Assembly: GCA_048128005.1 (NCBI GenBank)
Contig: JBEUKZ010000009.1
Coordinates: forward strand, 248,001-312,000
Direction: 5' to 3'
Source: Veleropilina oligotropha
Lineage: Eukaryota
Length of the DNA stretch: 64,000 nt
The position numbers and the translations under genes were made by a program. This document shows, in pieces, positions 41,628 to 55,821 of this stretch (positions are counted from its first letter, which is position 1; each line of letters opens with the position of its first letter). The notes under the pieces were generated by a model that worked only from the letters and a program-made list of their open reading frames with translations, was not told where the DNA came from and made no database searches.

Positions 41628-41931
41628 AAAACCTTGAGTAGGCGTTACTGAAGTTGTCGTCTATCAGCAATGGAATAATATAAGGTGCATTGAATACCGC
41701 ATGACGTTGAACAATGAGCCAGCGCTATCCGAGTTCATTAATGTAATACAGTTTTCAATGCATCGTGTTTACCAAGACATTACTCGATAACGTATTTCTC
41801 TTGCTTTCACAATGCTAAGCTTATTAAAAAAACTCCTGACTTTGCTCATAACACTGTTTTTATTTGTATTCAATACCGTGATGTATTCAAAATTGCAGAC
41901 GACAACTTCAGTAACGCCTACTCAAGGTTTT
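41628..41931. repeat. Perfect 35-bp inverted repeat pair, MITE-like
   Basis: AAAACCTTGAGTAGGCGTTACTGAAGTTGTCGTCT (41628-41662) / AGACGACAACTTCAGTAACGCCTACTCAAGGTTTT (41897-41931). Confidence 0.85.
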
Positions 41932-42739
41932 TGAAACGACGTCATTTAAAATTCGATAATAGACATCGACTCAAACGGTCCATTGAGCCAATCTAAACAT
42001 CATTATTTATATCAGATTCACTTTCACATTGGCTCCTGCCAAGCATCACGTGTTGGTTTAATTTATTTGATCGTAAAATAAGCGTTATGTGGTAAAAATC
42101 AATAAATACAAATGATCTTTGATGACAGTTTATTTGAGACGCATCTATAGATCTGAAATGCACAAAACAATGAACCTGAGTCAATGATAACACGGGAAAT
42201 TATTATTATTTTCCATGTTTAAAACTGATATAAATGTTGGAAAAACTACTTGAGAGGCTAAAATCCTCCAGCGATAATAAGCACGGTTGATAAAAATGGA
42301 CATTGATCCGAACCGAATCCCATTCCGAAGATCAACAAGTTTACAGAGTCATCAATATTCCAGATTCAGGAAAATGCATAGTTTGTGGTAAATTTAATTT
42401 CCCCCTGGATATAGAAGAAGTGAAGGAAATAAAACATTTTCTTCAAGCAACTTAGGCACATCTAGAGCATCTATATTATATATGTATTTACATACAGTAG
42501 CCTCCTGGTCCATGACTGATCTGCTGTGAAAAGGAAAATTAGTTTTTATCCCCCGCCCGAAGGGTAGCGAGGGATATTGTTTTGCCATGTCCGGCTGGGT
42601 GTTCGTCCGTCCGTCCGTAAACAATTTGGTTAAAGCTTCGAATTGAGTGTGTATAGCTTTCCCATGATACTTTTTGGCATATACTGTAAACCCCTATATT
42701 TTAGCGGTCATAAAATTTAGCGATTTCTCATATACCTGT

Positions 42740-45700
42740 ATATGTAGTTACAAACTTACTTACGTCCTTACTCTTGCCATAATAGTAATATTATCGCTAA
42801 CCGGAAACAGTGAATAAGTCACATTATGCACTCTTTATAAGTCAAAACGTACCACGATCACCTCCCCTGCTCCCGCTCTCCTAAGTACCCCCAGCGAGAT
42901 CTCGCCAAGTCTCGCGAGACTTCCGAACCATCGAAGTCACAAGACCTCAATTCAAAGTTTTCCGCCGAGACGGAAAGACGTGTTTTTTGCTCCGCAAATA
43001 TTTCGAAATGTCCGCCGATTTATACGTTAAATCGAGGACGCTATTATTCTTATATATTAATATATAAGTGGTGGAATATACCCTGTGTTGTGGATATCTA
43101 AAACACAAGTGAATAGGAAGATTGTGATTCTAAACTTCGAGAAGTTCTGAAAATCAAGTGAAACCGACATCGCCGCTGTTGCTGGGAAAAAGCATGGAGC
43201 CGCTCAGAGGGGAAGTTTCGTGTAATAAGAAGAAATCTGGTCGGTATTTTTATCTGATATTGTTTGAGACTGCAAACAGGTAACTCATTATATTGGATAA
43301 TTCCTTAACGACGCTATTGCTGGTTATTATACATGTATAAAAATTCTAGCGTCGTTAATCGGCAGGATCGTTTAGATATCACGCTTGCGTTTTTCTGTTA
43401 TCCTGCCGTTTCTGGGATAATACACAATTGTACTAACATAAAAACATCCACGAGGTTTTCAGGTGTTTTTCTGGGCGGTTTTTTCGAAGAAAGAACCCCC
43501 GTTTGTTCTAGTCAATTTGCCGGGTTTTTTACCGGGTCGTGTCGGGTATACCCGACCTCTGTGTCCCCAGTTCGGGGTTTTTGCGGTATATCGCCTGATC
43601 TTTGATCTTCAGATCAGGGCAATTTTAAGAGTTGTCGTAGTAAATAGTCACAACTACCAAATATATACTTTTAACTACCCCGTTCCACCCACTACTACCC
43701 TCCCGTGTATTCAGGGAGAGGGAAGTATGGTCCGGTGCAACTCCGGGTGTAACCCGAAGTTTCACGGATTTCTAGGCGCACGGAATGCCGTGTTCACCGT
43801 ATATATGTGAACTGTGCCTTGATTTAACAGCAGGCAGTGGGCGATCGTATATCCACCGATGACGCCGACCAGTGCGGTTACCACGGTGGGTTCTCCCCCG
43901 AGAAGGGACAAAATGGTAGGTTAAAGGGAATTAACGTTTTTTTGTCTACTTCAGGGACGCTGGACGACAGTAGACCTTAAGGGCCGTCTGTCGCCGGATC
44001 TACCGGCGTAACCTCCGCGACTCATGGGGGAGTCGCCGTAACCTTGCCGGGACCCCAGATTCAGGTAGGAGCCCGAGTGCTGTTCGATCCTCCTAAAACG
44101 GGCCTAGTAACTGCAGCCAAACATACCTTGCCGGCTAGCAAGGTATATCTGGCAACGCAGCGAACCGCTGAACAGGGCAGACATTCCCCATCCTTTTCTT
44201 CAGCCTCGAAGAATAGGGGACAGTTAGTCCTTCTGCGAGAAACTCTCAGTCTAGCGACGGGGACAGACTCAATGCAGAGAAAGCCTTTAAAGAGGCCGGG
44301 CACCTACTTGTAGGTCTAAGACTCGGACAATCGGCGACACCTGAATCCTCGTTCGAGACCGACGCGACTACCCCTAAGGGTTTTCCGCTCAACCTCGATG
44401 CTCACGAGCCTTTCAGAGGGCCCGTTCTCTCCCGTGCACCCACGATGGTCACGCTAGAGAACGTGGACAGACCGGCTGCGTTCGGGACGGGGTTCTACGG
44501 CGGTTTTCCGACCGTGCCTCTCGCGAACAGAGTGGTAGACCGATACGGACTGTTGCCGCAGTCCTACCGGTCGTCCGGCCCACCGAACGCGCCTCCGGGC
44601 CGTTCTTTCGGGTTCGACCACTCGACACGTGTCCCGAGACCCTGGTTCTCGGCTACACCTGTCCATGCAGCCCGTCGACCTAGCGCCACGGTGACTTCGA
44701 CCGAACTACCGGCTGTTAGTTCGACGCCCGTCATGCCTCCGGGTTTCTCTTTAGAGAACGTCCAGGCTATGTTCGCGGCGGAGTTCGAGTCCCGATGTCG
44801 GGCCTGGCAACCGGCTTCCTAGCCGCTCCAGGTACCTACACCTCTGCCTGTGGCGCAGAGCACGGCTCCTGCCTCCGTGGTGGGGATCGAACCTCGTTCC
44901 GACGAGGACCTCGACTCCACTCACTCCGACCTCCCTGTATCGGTCGGGCCCGAAGACGCTGGTAGTCTTCCAGGCACGCAGGAGCCGACCTCCACCACCC
45001 GCCGAACTCGACGCTGTTGCGTCACTTCGCGGGGTGCTTGACCTGCCGGAACCGACTCGGTCGTATGTAGGCCCGGTCAAGCACAGGACGGCGGCGCATC
45101 GGTTTGTTGAGAAGGAAGCCCCCTTGCTTCCTTCCTTACCTCCGTCTGGGCTGATTGGTCGGGTGTTGACTCGACAACCAAGCTCAGTCGGGGGCGCAAT
45201 CCGGTGGAGTCCTCCCCACTGACCGAGTACCCTTCGGGGTTCCGTAGTGGGAGGTACCTCCGGGCCAGTTCGCGTTCGATCCCGTTCGCATGTACTGGTC
45301 CGTGCCTGGCGACTGAGCCGGTTCGTGTTGACGCAGCGTTGCGTTGACTGACCGCAAGTCACACTCCCTCTGTAGCGAGAGTTCCTGGGTTCGCCTTGGA
45401 AGCTTTCGAGAGCTCCGCCCGATGGGCTCTGCGGCCGTCGGCCGTTCAGGATTTTTCCTAGACGGGACGATAGCCGTATTACAGGAGGATGGACCCGGCG
45501 CCCGTGGGCTGCCCTGTCCTTCCTCCAGGAGGTTGCTGCCGTTATGGAGACCAACGCGTTGGAGACGGGACGTGTCCTGGGTAACACCTACTTCGTAGGG
45601 ACGCTTACCTGAAAGACGACACCTCGCTAGTTGAGGCCACCCGGCGCTCATTGCGATGCGTGCCTTGCTCGGCCACCACTCTATTTGCCGACGATTTCTC

Positions 45701-48700
45701 GGAATTCCTCGACAGAGCGGCGGACCTGACGGACCGTACCATCGGGTAGGCGGTGCTGCACCCCCCGGGGGTCCACCCGCCGACTCGAGGAAGCGTTCAG
45801 GGCCCACCCGGACCCCGAAGCCTTCCAAGCGTGCAAAGCCCTCTTCGGGTGGTAGGCCCCCGGCCATTAACCCACTCCGAGGAGGCAAGCACCTCCAACA
45901 AGCTCCCGTCAGAGCGGGAGAGGGAAGCCTCGGCCCTAGGGCTGCCGGCACACACGACAATCCCAGCTGCCCGCTTCCGCCGGTGGAAGCGTATCTGTTA
46001 GCGTACAGCCAGCCGTGGCTAGACTACCAGACAGTAGCTGGGTCCCTCCGTCGTGAGTGCCGGATACAAGTTGGTTCAACCGGCATCCGACCCTAAACGA
46101 GGCACCACCACCAAGACACGCTCGCCTCCTAAACGGAGAGAAGCGAGCGGTCTTAGACCAGGCAGTGCGGGACCTACTCCTCAAGGAGCAATATATCCCG
46201 CGCCGCCCAGCACACCAGGATAATACAGCCATTTCTTCCTGGTCCCGAATCCCGATGGCCGCTAGCGACCGATCTTCGATCTCTCGTTAACTAATATCTT
46301 CGTACCGAGAAATTCCAGCAGAAAACCCTCTCGAAGATACGAGCGGCCATCCGTCCGGGCGACTGGGCAGCGTCTATCGATCTGACCGACGCGTATCTGC
46401 ATGTCCCGATGCATGTCACGGCTCATCAGTACCTTCGGTTTATACACGGGGAGACGATCTACCATTCAGGTGCCTACCGTTCGGTCTATCGTCAGCCCCG
46501 TACGTCTTCACGAGAACAGTACAGGCCCTTAGGGCCTTCCTACACTCTCTAGGGCTCAGGGTACATATATACCTCGACGACTGGCTGATCCTCGGGGCGT
46601 CCCGGGATTTGTGCCTCCGGTCTACGAGCTTTACCCTGTTATCGACGAAGCGCCTGGGATTTCAGATCAACGAGACAAAATCCTGCTTCGTACCCTCGAC
46701 GACGTTTACGTTCCTCGGAGTCGACTTCGATACGGTCCGGTACACCGCGAAGCCGACCCAGAAGCGTATGCGGAACCTACGCGCGGTTATCCAAGACACC
46801 CTGTCATCGGACGTAACTACAGCGCGACAACTGGCCACTGTCCTAGGGCACATCGAGTCGGTAGCGACCCTGCTACCGACGGGTCGCATGGACAAACGAC
46901 CGTTGCAGCAGGCGTTCAAGGATCGCTGGATACAACGGACGGGGCAGTGGACGGATCGCATCGATCTACGGCATTGGTTTACCAGCACAACAGCAGTGTG
47001 GTTGAACCCTGCTTTGCCGGACCAGTCGGTTCCTATATCCCCGCCAGAGCCGAACGCTTACCTGTTCACAGACGCTTCGAACGACGGCTGGGGTGGTCAC
47101 CTCGACAGTTACGAGACATCAGGCCTATGGCCGACGGACCTTCAGGGACGACATATCAACTTCCTAGAGTTAGAAGCCGTTTACCTGTCAGTACGGTCCC
47201 TCTCGTCACATCTCCGCAACAAGCATATAATGCTCGCCACGGACAACACGACTGTCGTCGCTTACATTCAGCACCAGGGCGGCACTCGCTCGCGTCCCCT
47301 TTGCGACCGAGCAATAGACCTACACCGCTTAGTGATGTCCCTCAACTCGACGATTCGAGCCCGACACATCCCGGGAAAGCTGAATGTCAGAGCGGATTCG
47401 CTCTCTCGGAAATCACAGATAATACACACAGAGTGGAGCTACACAGCCGAGTAGCTCGGGACGTTTGTCGCCGGTGGTCACAACCCCGAGTCGATCTGTT
47501 TGCAACAGTATTTAATTACCGACTACCTCTGTATGTCTCCCCGTACCCGGACCCGGCCGCCCTAGCGGTCGCCGCACTGTCAATGACATGGGAGAATCTG
47601 TCCGCGTATGCCTTCCCCCCGTCGTGCATTCTAACACTGGTATTACAGAAGGCATCGAACGAACGTTGCAGATAACGCTAATCGCGCCCCTATATCGCAC
47701 GCAACCTTGGTTTCCGACCCTCCTCGATCTGATCGTTGACCGACCGTTATCGCTCCCGCAGAGACCGGGCCGGTTAATGCAGGCGCGCAGCCGTGTATTA
47801 CAACATCGCCGATCGACTTACGTTTACACGCCTGGCGGTTATCGAACGATCCCTTGCTAAGAAAGGAATTTCTCGCACAACAGCCCTACGCATCCCGATC
47901 GAGAAGGCTTCCACGACTAAAGTTTATGACTACCGATGGGTTAAGTACGTGGATTGGTGTCACAGTCGGCAGGTTAATATACTCCGCCCCCTGTGAACAA
48001 GTTTATTGAGTTTTTATCGTCGCTCTTTGAACGCGGTATGTCAGTGTCCGCCGTCAAAGCTATCGGGCAACGGTCGCGAGTGCCGTGCCCGTGGTAGCCT
48101 ACCTAGCGACCGAACTATTTGGATTTCTGCGATCCTTCGAACTCAAATTTCGACCCGTACGATTCGGCCAGCCTGAAACATCGCTCTCATTTGTTAACGC
48201 TCTCTTTCTACCCGACTAGCCTATGGGCCCGTCCTCTATGAGGAACTTAACGCACAATACAGTTTTTCTGATCGCCTTAGCGTCGGGCAGGCGTTGTTCC
48301 GTATTTCATAGTCTATCCGAGAGCTACGAGTCGTTCGTTTCCAGTCGACGGGTCGGTGATGCGGCGTCATATCTTGGGTTTCCTCGCCAAGAATCAACGG
48401 CCGATCGACGACGCAACCGATATCGTTATCCCCTAGCGCTGGTCAGAGACCCGATGTGGACCGATGAATATGTCATAGCGTGCCTACGTTACTACCTCGA
48501 CAGGATCCGTGCTGCGCGGCAGAGAAAAACTACGTATATTTTATTCGTATTTACCTTCTTGTATCCGCAACATTTCATAGAGACTGTTTCGCGGAGGTTT
48601 TCACAGGTAGTGAGAGACTTCTCTCGCTGTGAAAAGTAGGCCGCACGCACTATTGTATCGTTCCGCGCACACGAGGTCCGTGTTTTCGCAGATTCACTTC

Positions 48701-50056
48701 TCAGCGTTGCCTCTCAAAAATGTCTTTATTAAGCCTTTTCTGGGGATTATGCCATGCGGCTGATGGATTGTGCAGTTTACATAGTAACTGCTCAACGATG
48801 TATTGTTAGACCGAGGTCGTCTAATCAGTGAGTATTATTTGTTGATTGATCAATTTACATAATTCATGCTGTCGCATTGTTATTTGTTGGTCTCGTTGTT
48901 CTATGAAATAGACACATTATGAGGCGATTCAATGTCTGTTCATTTCTTAAAAACATTTTAAGATCTTGATACTTTCATGTCATACCTGAGTATATTGACA
49001 AGCCAGATTACATTGAATTAATAAACAATCATATTGCGAAAATCTTATTTGATTTGAGGTTCAATATTATTGATGTTCTATGCTGTATAGAACATACGAT
49101 GTTCAAGACATTGGAAAAAATTTAATATTTGCTTCCTTAAATTTTATTTTAAGTAACATGTCGTACATATTTGCTTCCTTAAAAATTTATTTTAAGTGAC
49201 ATGTCGTACATGTTAGCGTTTCGCAAGTTGGTCATGCGAATCAATTATTAATATCGATTATTTATTTAATCTATTAATTCTTTGCTTTGATTTCACGCTT
49301 TCACAACCTATTAGGTTCCGTGTGCTTACAAATCCGACTGCATCCTCTGGCTACCGGCCTTTGGCCAGGAGTACCATTTGGCTGCCACTGGCCCATGACA
49401 CGTAAGACCTACAAGGATAATCCTTCCGGCCGTGCCTGGGGCTGATTGCACTTCCGTTCACCTCGTCCGTCTAACACCACGGCGTATTCTCCCGGTAACA
49501 CTGGTCGAAATTCTCGCTTGGTAAGAGTTGAATATAATTCTCAGTAAATTCCACTCTGGGCGGACACAATCGACGCTTCGAGCTGATTGACATGGTGAAA
49601 AGTAAGTCATTATCTTGTTTGGGTTTGCTGTAAGGAACTTCTTACCCACCTATCCAAGGTTATTCTGGCAAGAGTAAGGACGTAAGTAAGTTTGTAACTA
49701 CATATGAGGTTTTAAGGTAAACCTAATATTAGTTAAAACATACTTACGTCCTTACCACGATTACCCACCCTGCGTTTCGCATTCCTCCCCTCTACTAAGT
49801 TCCTTTGGGGGTTCTGAACTTTGAATTGAGGTCTTGTGACTTCGATGGTTCGGAAGTCTCGCGAGACTTGGCGAGATCTCGCTGGGGGAACTTAGGAGAG
49901 CGGGAGCAGGGGAGGTGATCGTGGTACGTTTTGACTTATAAAGAGTGCATAATGTGACTTATTCACTGTTTCCGGTTAGCGATAATATTACTATTATGGC
50001 AAGAGTAAGGACGTAAGTATGTTTTAGCTAATATTAGGTTTACCTTAAAACCTCAT
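42740..50056 (+). mobile_element. DIRS1-type tyrosine-recombinase retrotransposon, copy 1 (full length, ORFs disrupted)
   Basis: 203-bp ITRs 42757-42959 / 49817-50019, ICR 49666-49755; gag, RT/RNase H and YR colinear with copy 2. Confidence 0.95.
43727..48831 (+). pseudogene. Frameshifted gag, RT-RNaseH-MT and YR region of DIRS copy 1
   Basis: Fragments such as 46609..47454 (LFTDASNDGWG, ATDNTTVVAYI) and 48223..48639 (ALASGRRCS) match copy 2 but are broken by many short deletions. Confidence 0.85.
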
Positions 50057-51316
50057 ATTAGCGGCGTTATAAATTAGCGATTTTTAATCCATATGTTAAT
50101 TGGGCTTTATTCCATAAAATAATTCGCGGCCTTTTATTTTCGCGATAATATTAGGTACGCAAAACTCGCGAAAATAAAAGGCGCGCTAAAATATGGGGTT
50201 TTACAGTATATGCTTTTGTATGTGTTGTATGGATGACACTCTGAGCTGAGCTGAGCTGAGTTTCATAGAGACTTTATACTCTTGGGCCCTCAGTGGTACT
50301 CTGGAAGTGAGATTGAATAAAATTGAATATACTTATTGCATAAATGTAGGTGTTTTTGAACATAGAAATTTTGGTTCAAGTTTTTCATTGAGTGTATATG
50401 GGTTGCTGAAACAACATTTTGGTGTATATATGCTTTGGTATTGATAATATAAATGTCAACTGATACTATGGAAGTGATGTTGAATTAAATTTAATATAAT
50501 TATTGCATAAAAATAGATGTTTTTGGACATAAAAATTTTGGTTAAAGTTTTCTGTACATTTTTCTATGGGCATATGAGTTGTTCTAGGCACTGTTTTACA
50601 TCCATATACTTTAGTGTTGACTATACGGATGCTGCTCCCTCATCTGCAAGTGATTTATAGTATAAATAACTTGTGAAATTAGTGTTTGTGGACATATAAA
50701 TTTTGATTAAAGTTGAGTGAATTTCTCTTCTGTGCCATTATTTCATACATAATCTTTGGTGATGCTTATATTGATACCACCTTTTATTCTAGCAATGATA
50801 TTGAATATTATTTTGTATAAATATTGAAGAAACTTGATGTGTTGGGACATAGAAATTTTGGTTATAGTTTATATCAGAGTGATTGCGGAAGGCGTGGGAT
50901 GAATCCGTTTCCTAACGGGCTCTTGTTCAGAATGTGATGATTAAAAACATAAAACATAATGAAATGTAGCAAACGATCATTTTTATAGCATCTATGAATT
51001 AGATTATTATATAATAAATATATACATGTAGCAATATTCATGATATCATATATTAATATTATGTACATAATTAGTATGTAAATATTGTAAATATATCATA
51101 AATGGTAATTGGTTATAACCATAAATGCTATGAAAATCTTATCTAATACATTATGTACATGTATATATATATAAATGCTAACTTGGAAAATGTGGATTAA
51201 TATATGTGGATGGGGCGGTGCAGTCGAGTGGATTTGACTATAGTCTACGAAGCCGAGGAAACCCAGAGAGTTCCGGGGACTTCTATCATGAAAATACCAT
51301 CTCATTGTCAGTATGA

Positions 51317-51575
51317 GGAGGAGGAATTATGCTTAATGTCCTGTATATTTATAACATCGAGGTTCAAGGCAGGACATGTCCGTGTTATCGCGGGAGGAAA
51401 CCCCGGTCGCCGGGTAAACCCGCCCTCTTCGGCCAGTCACGGACAACTGTGCTTCATAACTTGAACAAATGTGTGCTGCCTCAGCCGGGGGTCGATCCCA
51501 CTACTGTTCGCGTCAGCGGAAACAAGCCAGTGAATTTAGAGTGGACACTCTACCCACTGCGCTACCGAAGCGGCC
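51317..51575 (-). mobile_element. Young full-length tRNA-derived SINE
   Basis: 15-bp TSD TCATTGTCAGTATGA (51302-51316 / 51576-51590); near-identical to 35606-35861. Confidence 0.92.
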
Positions 51576-51801
51576 TCATTGTCAGTATGATCGACTAGAG
51601 ATGTAAACTGTTATATATATGATTATATATATATATTAAACGAAATAATGTTGTAAAGAAGTTGTTAAACTGCCAAAGCAACCAACCATCTGAATAACAG
51701 TTTATTGATAGATTGTGTTGTAACAAAGTTAACAGTGATGTGTGATTGTGTTGTAACAAAGTTAACAGTGATGTGTGATTGTGTTGTAACAAAGTTAACA
51801 G

Positions 51802-53138
<1,337 letters not shown>

Positions 53139-53948
53139 TAACAGTGATGTGTGATTGTGTTGTAACTAAGTTAACAGTGATGTGTGATTGTGTTGTAACA
53201 AAGTTAACAGTGATGTGTGATTGTGTTGTAACTAAGTTAACAGTGATGTGTGATTGTGTTGTAACTAAGTTAACAGTGATGTGTGATTGTGTTGTAACAA
53301 AGTTAACAGTGATGTGTGATTGTGTTGTAACAAAGTTAACAGTGATGTGTGGTTTCGGAATGATTTTTTTGCAAATAAAATGATCAGTATGTACCCTTCA
53401 CCTCAAATCAACATGTTAATTGTGTCGTGAAGCATTTGTGTATTGAAGAAATATTGAACAAATGTTTGAAAGAAGTAGAAACTATGATCATCAGAAATTC
53501 AATTCAGTTGACAGAATAATTAAGAACTACATTGATTATTGTGTGCTCGGTAAAATTCTGGCGTATTTGTTTATCAGATAAAAGATCCATTGTTAATTTA
53601 CTACAATATCCAAGGCGATGAATGTTGTTTTGGAAGAGACAGGCTGTTGTAGTCAAGGTATTGATTAGCTGGAGTCAGGACTTTTATGGTAATCGAGATG
53701 TACCAGATGACACCGAGTCCAATGTAACAGTGCACAGTCATCAGTATACAAGATAACCTTGTTGAATCGTGGTTTTGATGCTGGATCAGGATGCTAACTA
53801 TATGAGTTCGATTCTAGGGTGTGCCGAGAATATATACGTTGTCTCCATTACACACAGTATCCATCTATCTGTCTATAGATATCAGATAGAGACGTTAAAC
53901 ACGACTAAAATTAAAAACACAACCAGTTTATTCAATGTATATGTATGT

Positions 53949-54242
53949 CAGGGCTCGAAATAAGCATGGATTTACTGGTCTCAAACCAGTAAAAATTGCA
54001 GAAAAGCAGTCATTTTTAACACATGGTGGTCCAGTGGACCATTGATTTTTACAAAACCCCCTTACTATTAATTGTTAGCACACACATTAGATTCATTGTA
54101 AGTTATTATTATAGCCTATATAACATATGGATGCTATAGATCATTACTTTATTACAAGGTCAATAATTTTTATATTTGACCAGTGCTTAAAATTCCTGGT
54201 GGTCCATTGGACCGGTGGTTTTAATTTGTATTTCTAGCCCTG
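53949..54242. mobile_element. hAT-like MITE
   Basis: CAGGGCTCGAAATA / TATTTCTAGCCCTG; GGTGGTCCA.TGGACC motifs as in 39660-40809; TSD not recognisable. Confidence 0.65.
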
Positions 54243-54867
54243 TTATAATGTATATATACACGACAGCCTCGTTACAACAACGCGCCTCGATATAGCGCGA
54301 AATCGGTTATAACGTGGGGCTAACCATGGCTCCCAAAATGTTTTCTTTATTTTTTAAATTATCCTAAACTGAACTTGCATCGAGGTAATTAGATTACAGT
54401 GTGGATTTTCTTAAGTAGTTTTGGGGTCGTCAATAGAAATGGTATCTAACACAGATGCACAAGCCAAATGTATATTACTTGTTGAAGATTCAATAAAATT
54501 ATTATGAATCTCGCAATCCAATTAATTTAAGTGAATCCCGAAGTCATTCCTTCACGGTATTGAACAGTGGACGCATTGTCAATTGAATTGTTTTGTTTTA
54601 TTTCATTCGCAAATTCGACACTACAGTTAAGTCCCACCCTTTGAAATAAATATGAGTTACAATTAAGCGTAAATACCTTTTGTGTTCTTTATTCAATTCT
54701 AGAGTAACAATAGCGTTGCGCGCAAAATTAATAAAAGTAGTGCTGTTTTTTTTTAAAATTCATAGCTATTAGATTACAGTATTTTATATAAAAATGACAA
54801 ATTCGGTCTCGAGATTTTAATTTTAAAACGCCTCTTAAATTTGATTCGTTATATGTAGTTACAAACT

Positions 54868-55070
54868 TACTTACGTCCTTACTCTTGCCATAATAGTCAT
54901 ATTATCGCTAACCGGAAACAGTGAATAAAGTCACATTTATGCACTAAATAAGTCAAAAACAACCACGACCCCCCGCCCTGCTTCCCTTCTCTCTAAGTTC
55001 CTCCAGCGAGATCTCGCCAAGTCTCGCGAGACATCCGGGCTATCAAGTCACCAGACATCAATTCAAAGTT
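54868..55070 (+). repeat. Left ITR of DIRS copy 2
   Basis: Reverse complement of 62038-62240. Confidence 0.95.
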
Positions 55071-55821
55071 TTCCGCGAAAACGGAAAGACGTGTTTTTTG
55101 CTCCGCAAAATCTTTCGAGTTTGTCTTCGATTTTTACGTTAAGATCGAGGGCGATTAACGACAACTTTATATAAGTTGTGGAATACCCTGTGTTGTGGAT
55201 ATACAAACACATGTGAATAGTGTTGATCATAGATGATTTGAAGAAACAAAGTTCTGGAAAATCACTGAAACCGACGACGCCGCCGTTGCTAAGGAAAAAG
55301 CATGGCCGCCTAGAGGGGGAAATCCGTAATTAGAAGAATTTCTGGTCGGTATATTTTATCTGATATTGTTTGAGACTGCAAACAGGTAACTCATTATATT
55401 GGATAATTCCTTAACGACGCTATTGCTGGTTATTATTGTATAAAATTTCTAGCGTCGTTAATAGGCAGGATCGTTTGATATCACGCTTGCGTTTTTCTGA
55501 TATCCTGCCGTTTCTGGGATAATACGCCATTGTACTAACATAAAAACATCCAAGAGGTTTTCAGGTGTTTTTCTGGGCGGTTTGTTCTAAGAACGAACCC
55601 CCCTTTGTTTTAGTCAATTTGCCGGGTTTTACCGGGCCGCGTCGGGTAATTACCCGACCTCGGTGTTCCCAGTTCGGGTTTTTTTGCGGTATATCGTCTG
55701 ATCTTTGATCTTCAGATCAGGGCAATTTAAAAAGAGTTGTCGTAGTAACAAGTCACACTACCTCTTATATACCTATTTATCTACCCCTTACACCCACTGC
55801 CACCCTCCCGTGTATTCAGCT

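Larger units (their letters stand above)
42684..50206. mobile_element. TA-flanked MITE (~200 bp when empty, Tc2/pogo-like ends) interrupted by DIRS copy 1
   Basis: TA-CTGTAAACCCCTATATTTTAGCG ... CGCTAAAATATGGGGTTTTACAG-TA. Confidence 0.8.
42543..50870 (+). mobile_element. HINE-like element split by a MITE plus DIRS insertion
   Basis: TTTTTATCCCCCGCCCGAAGGGTAGCGAGGGATAT hairpin and (GTCC)n at the left; diverged ~170-bp units (TTTTGGTTAAAG) start at 42625 and resume after 50208. Confidence 0.6.
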
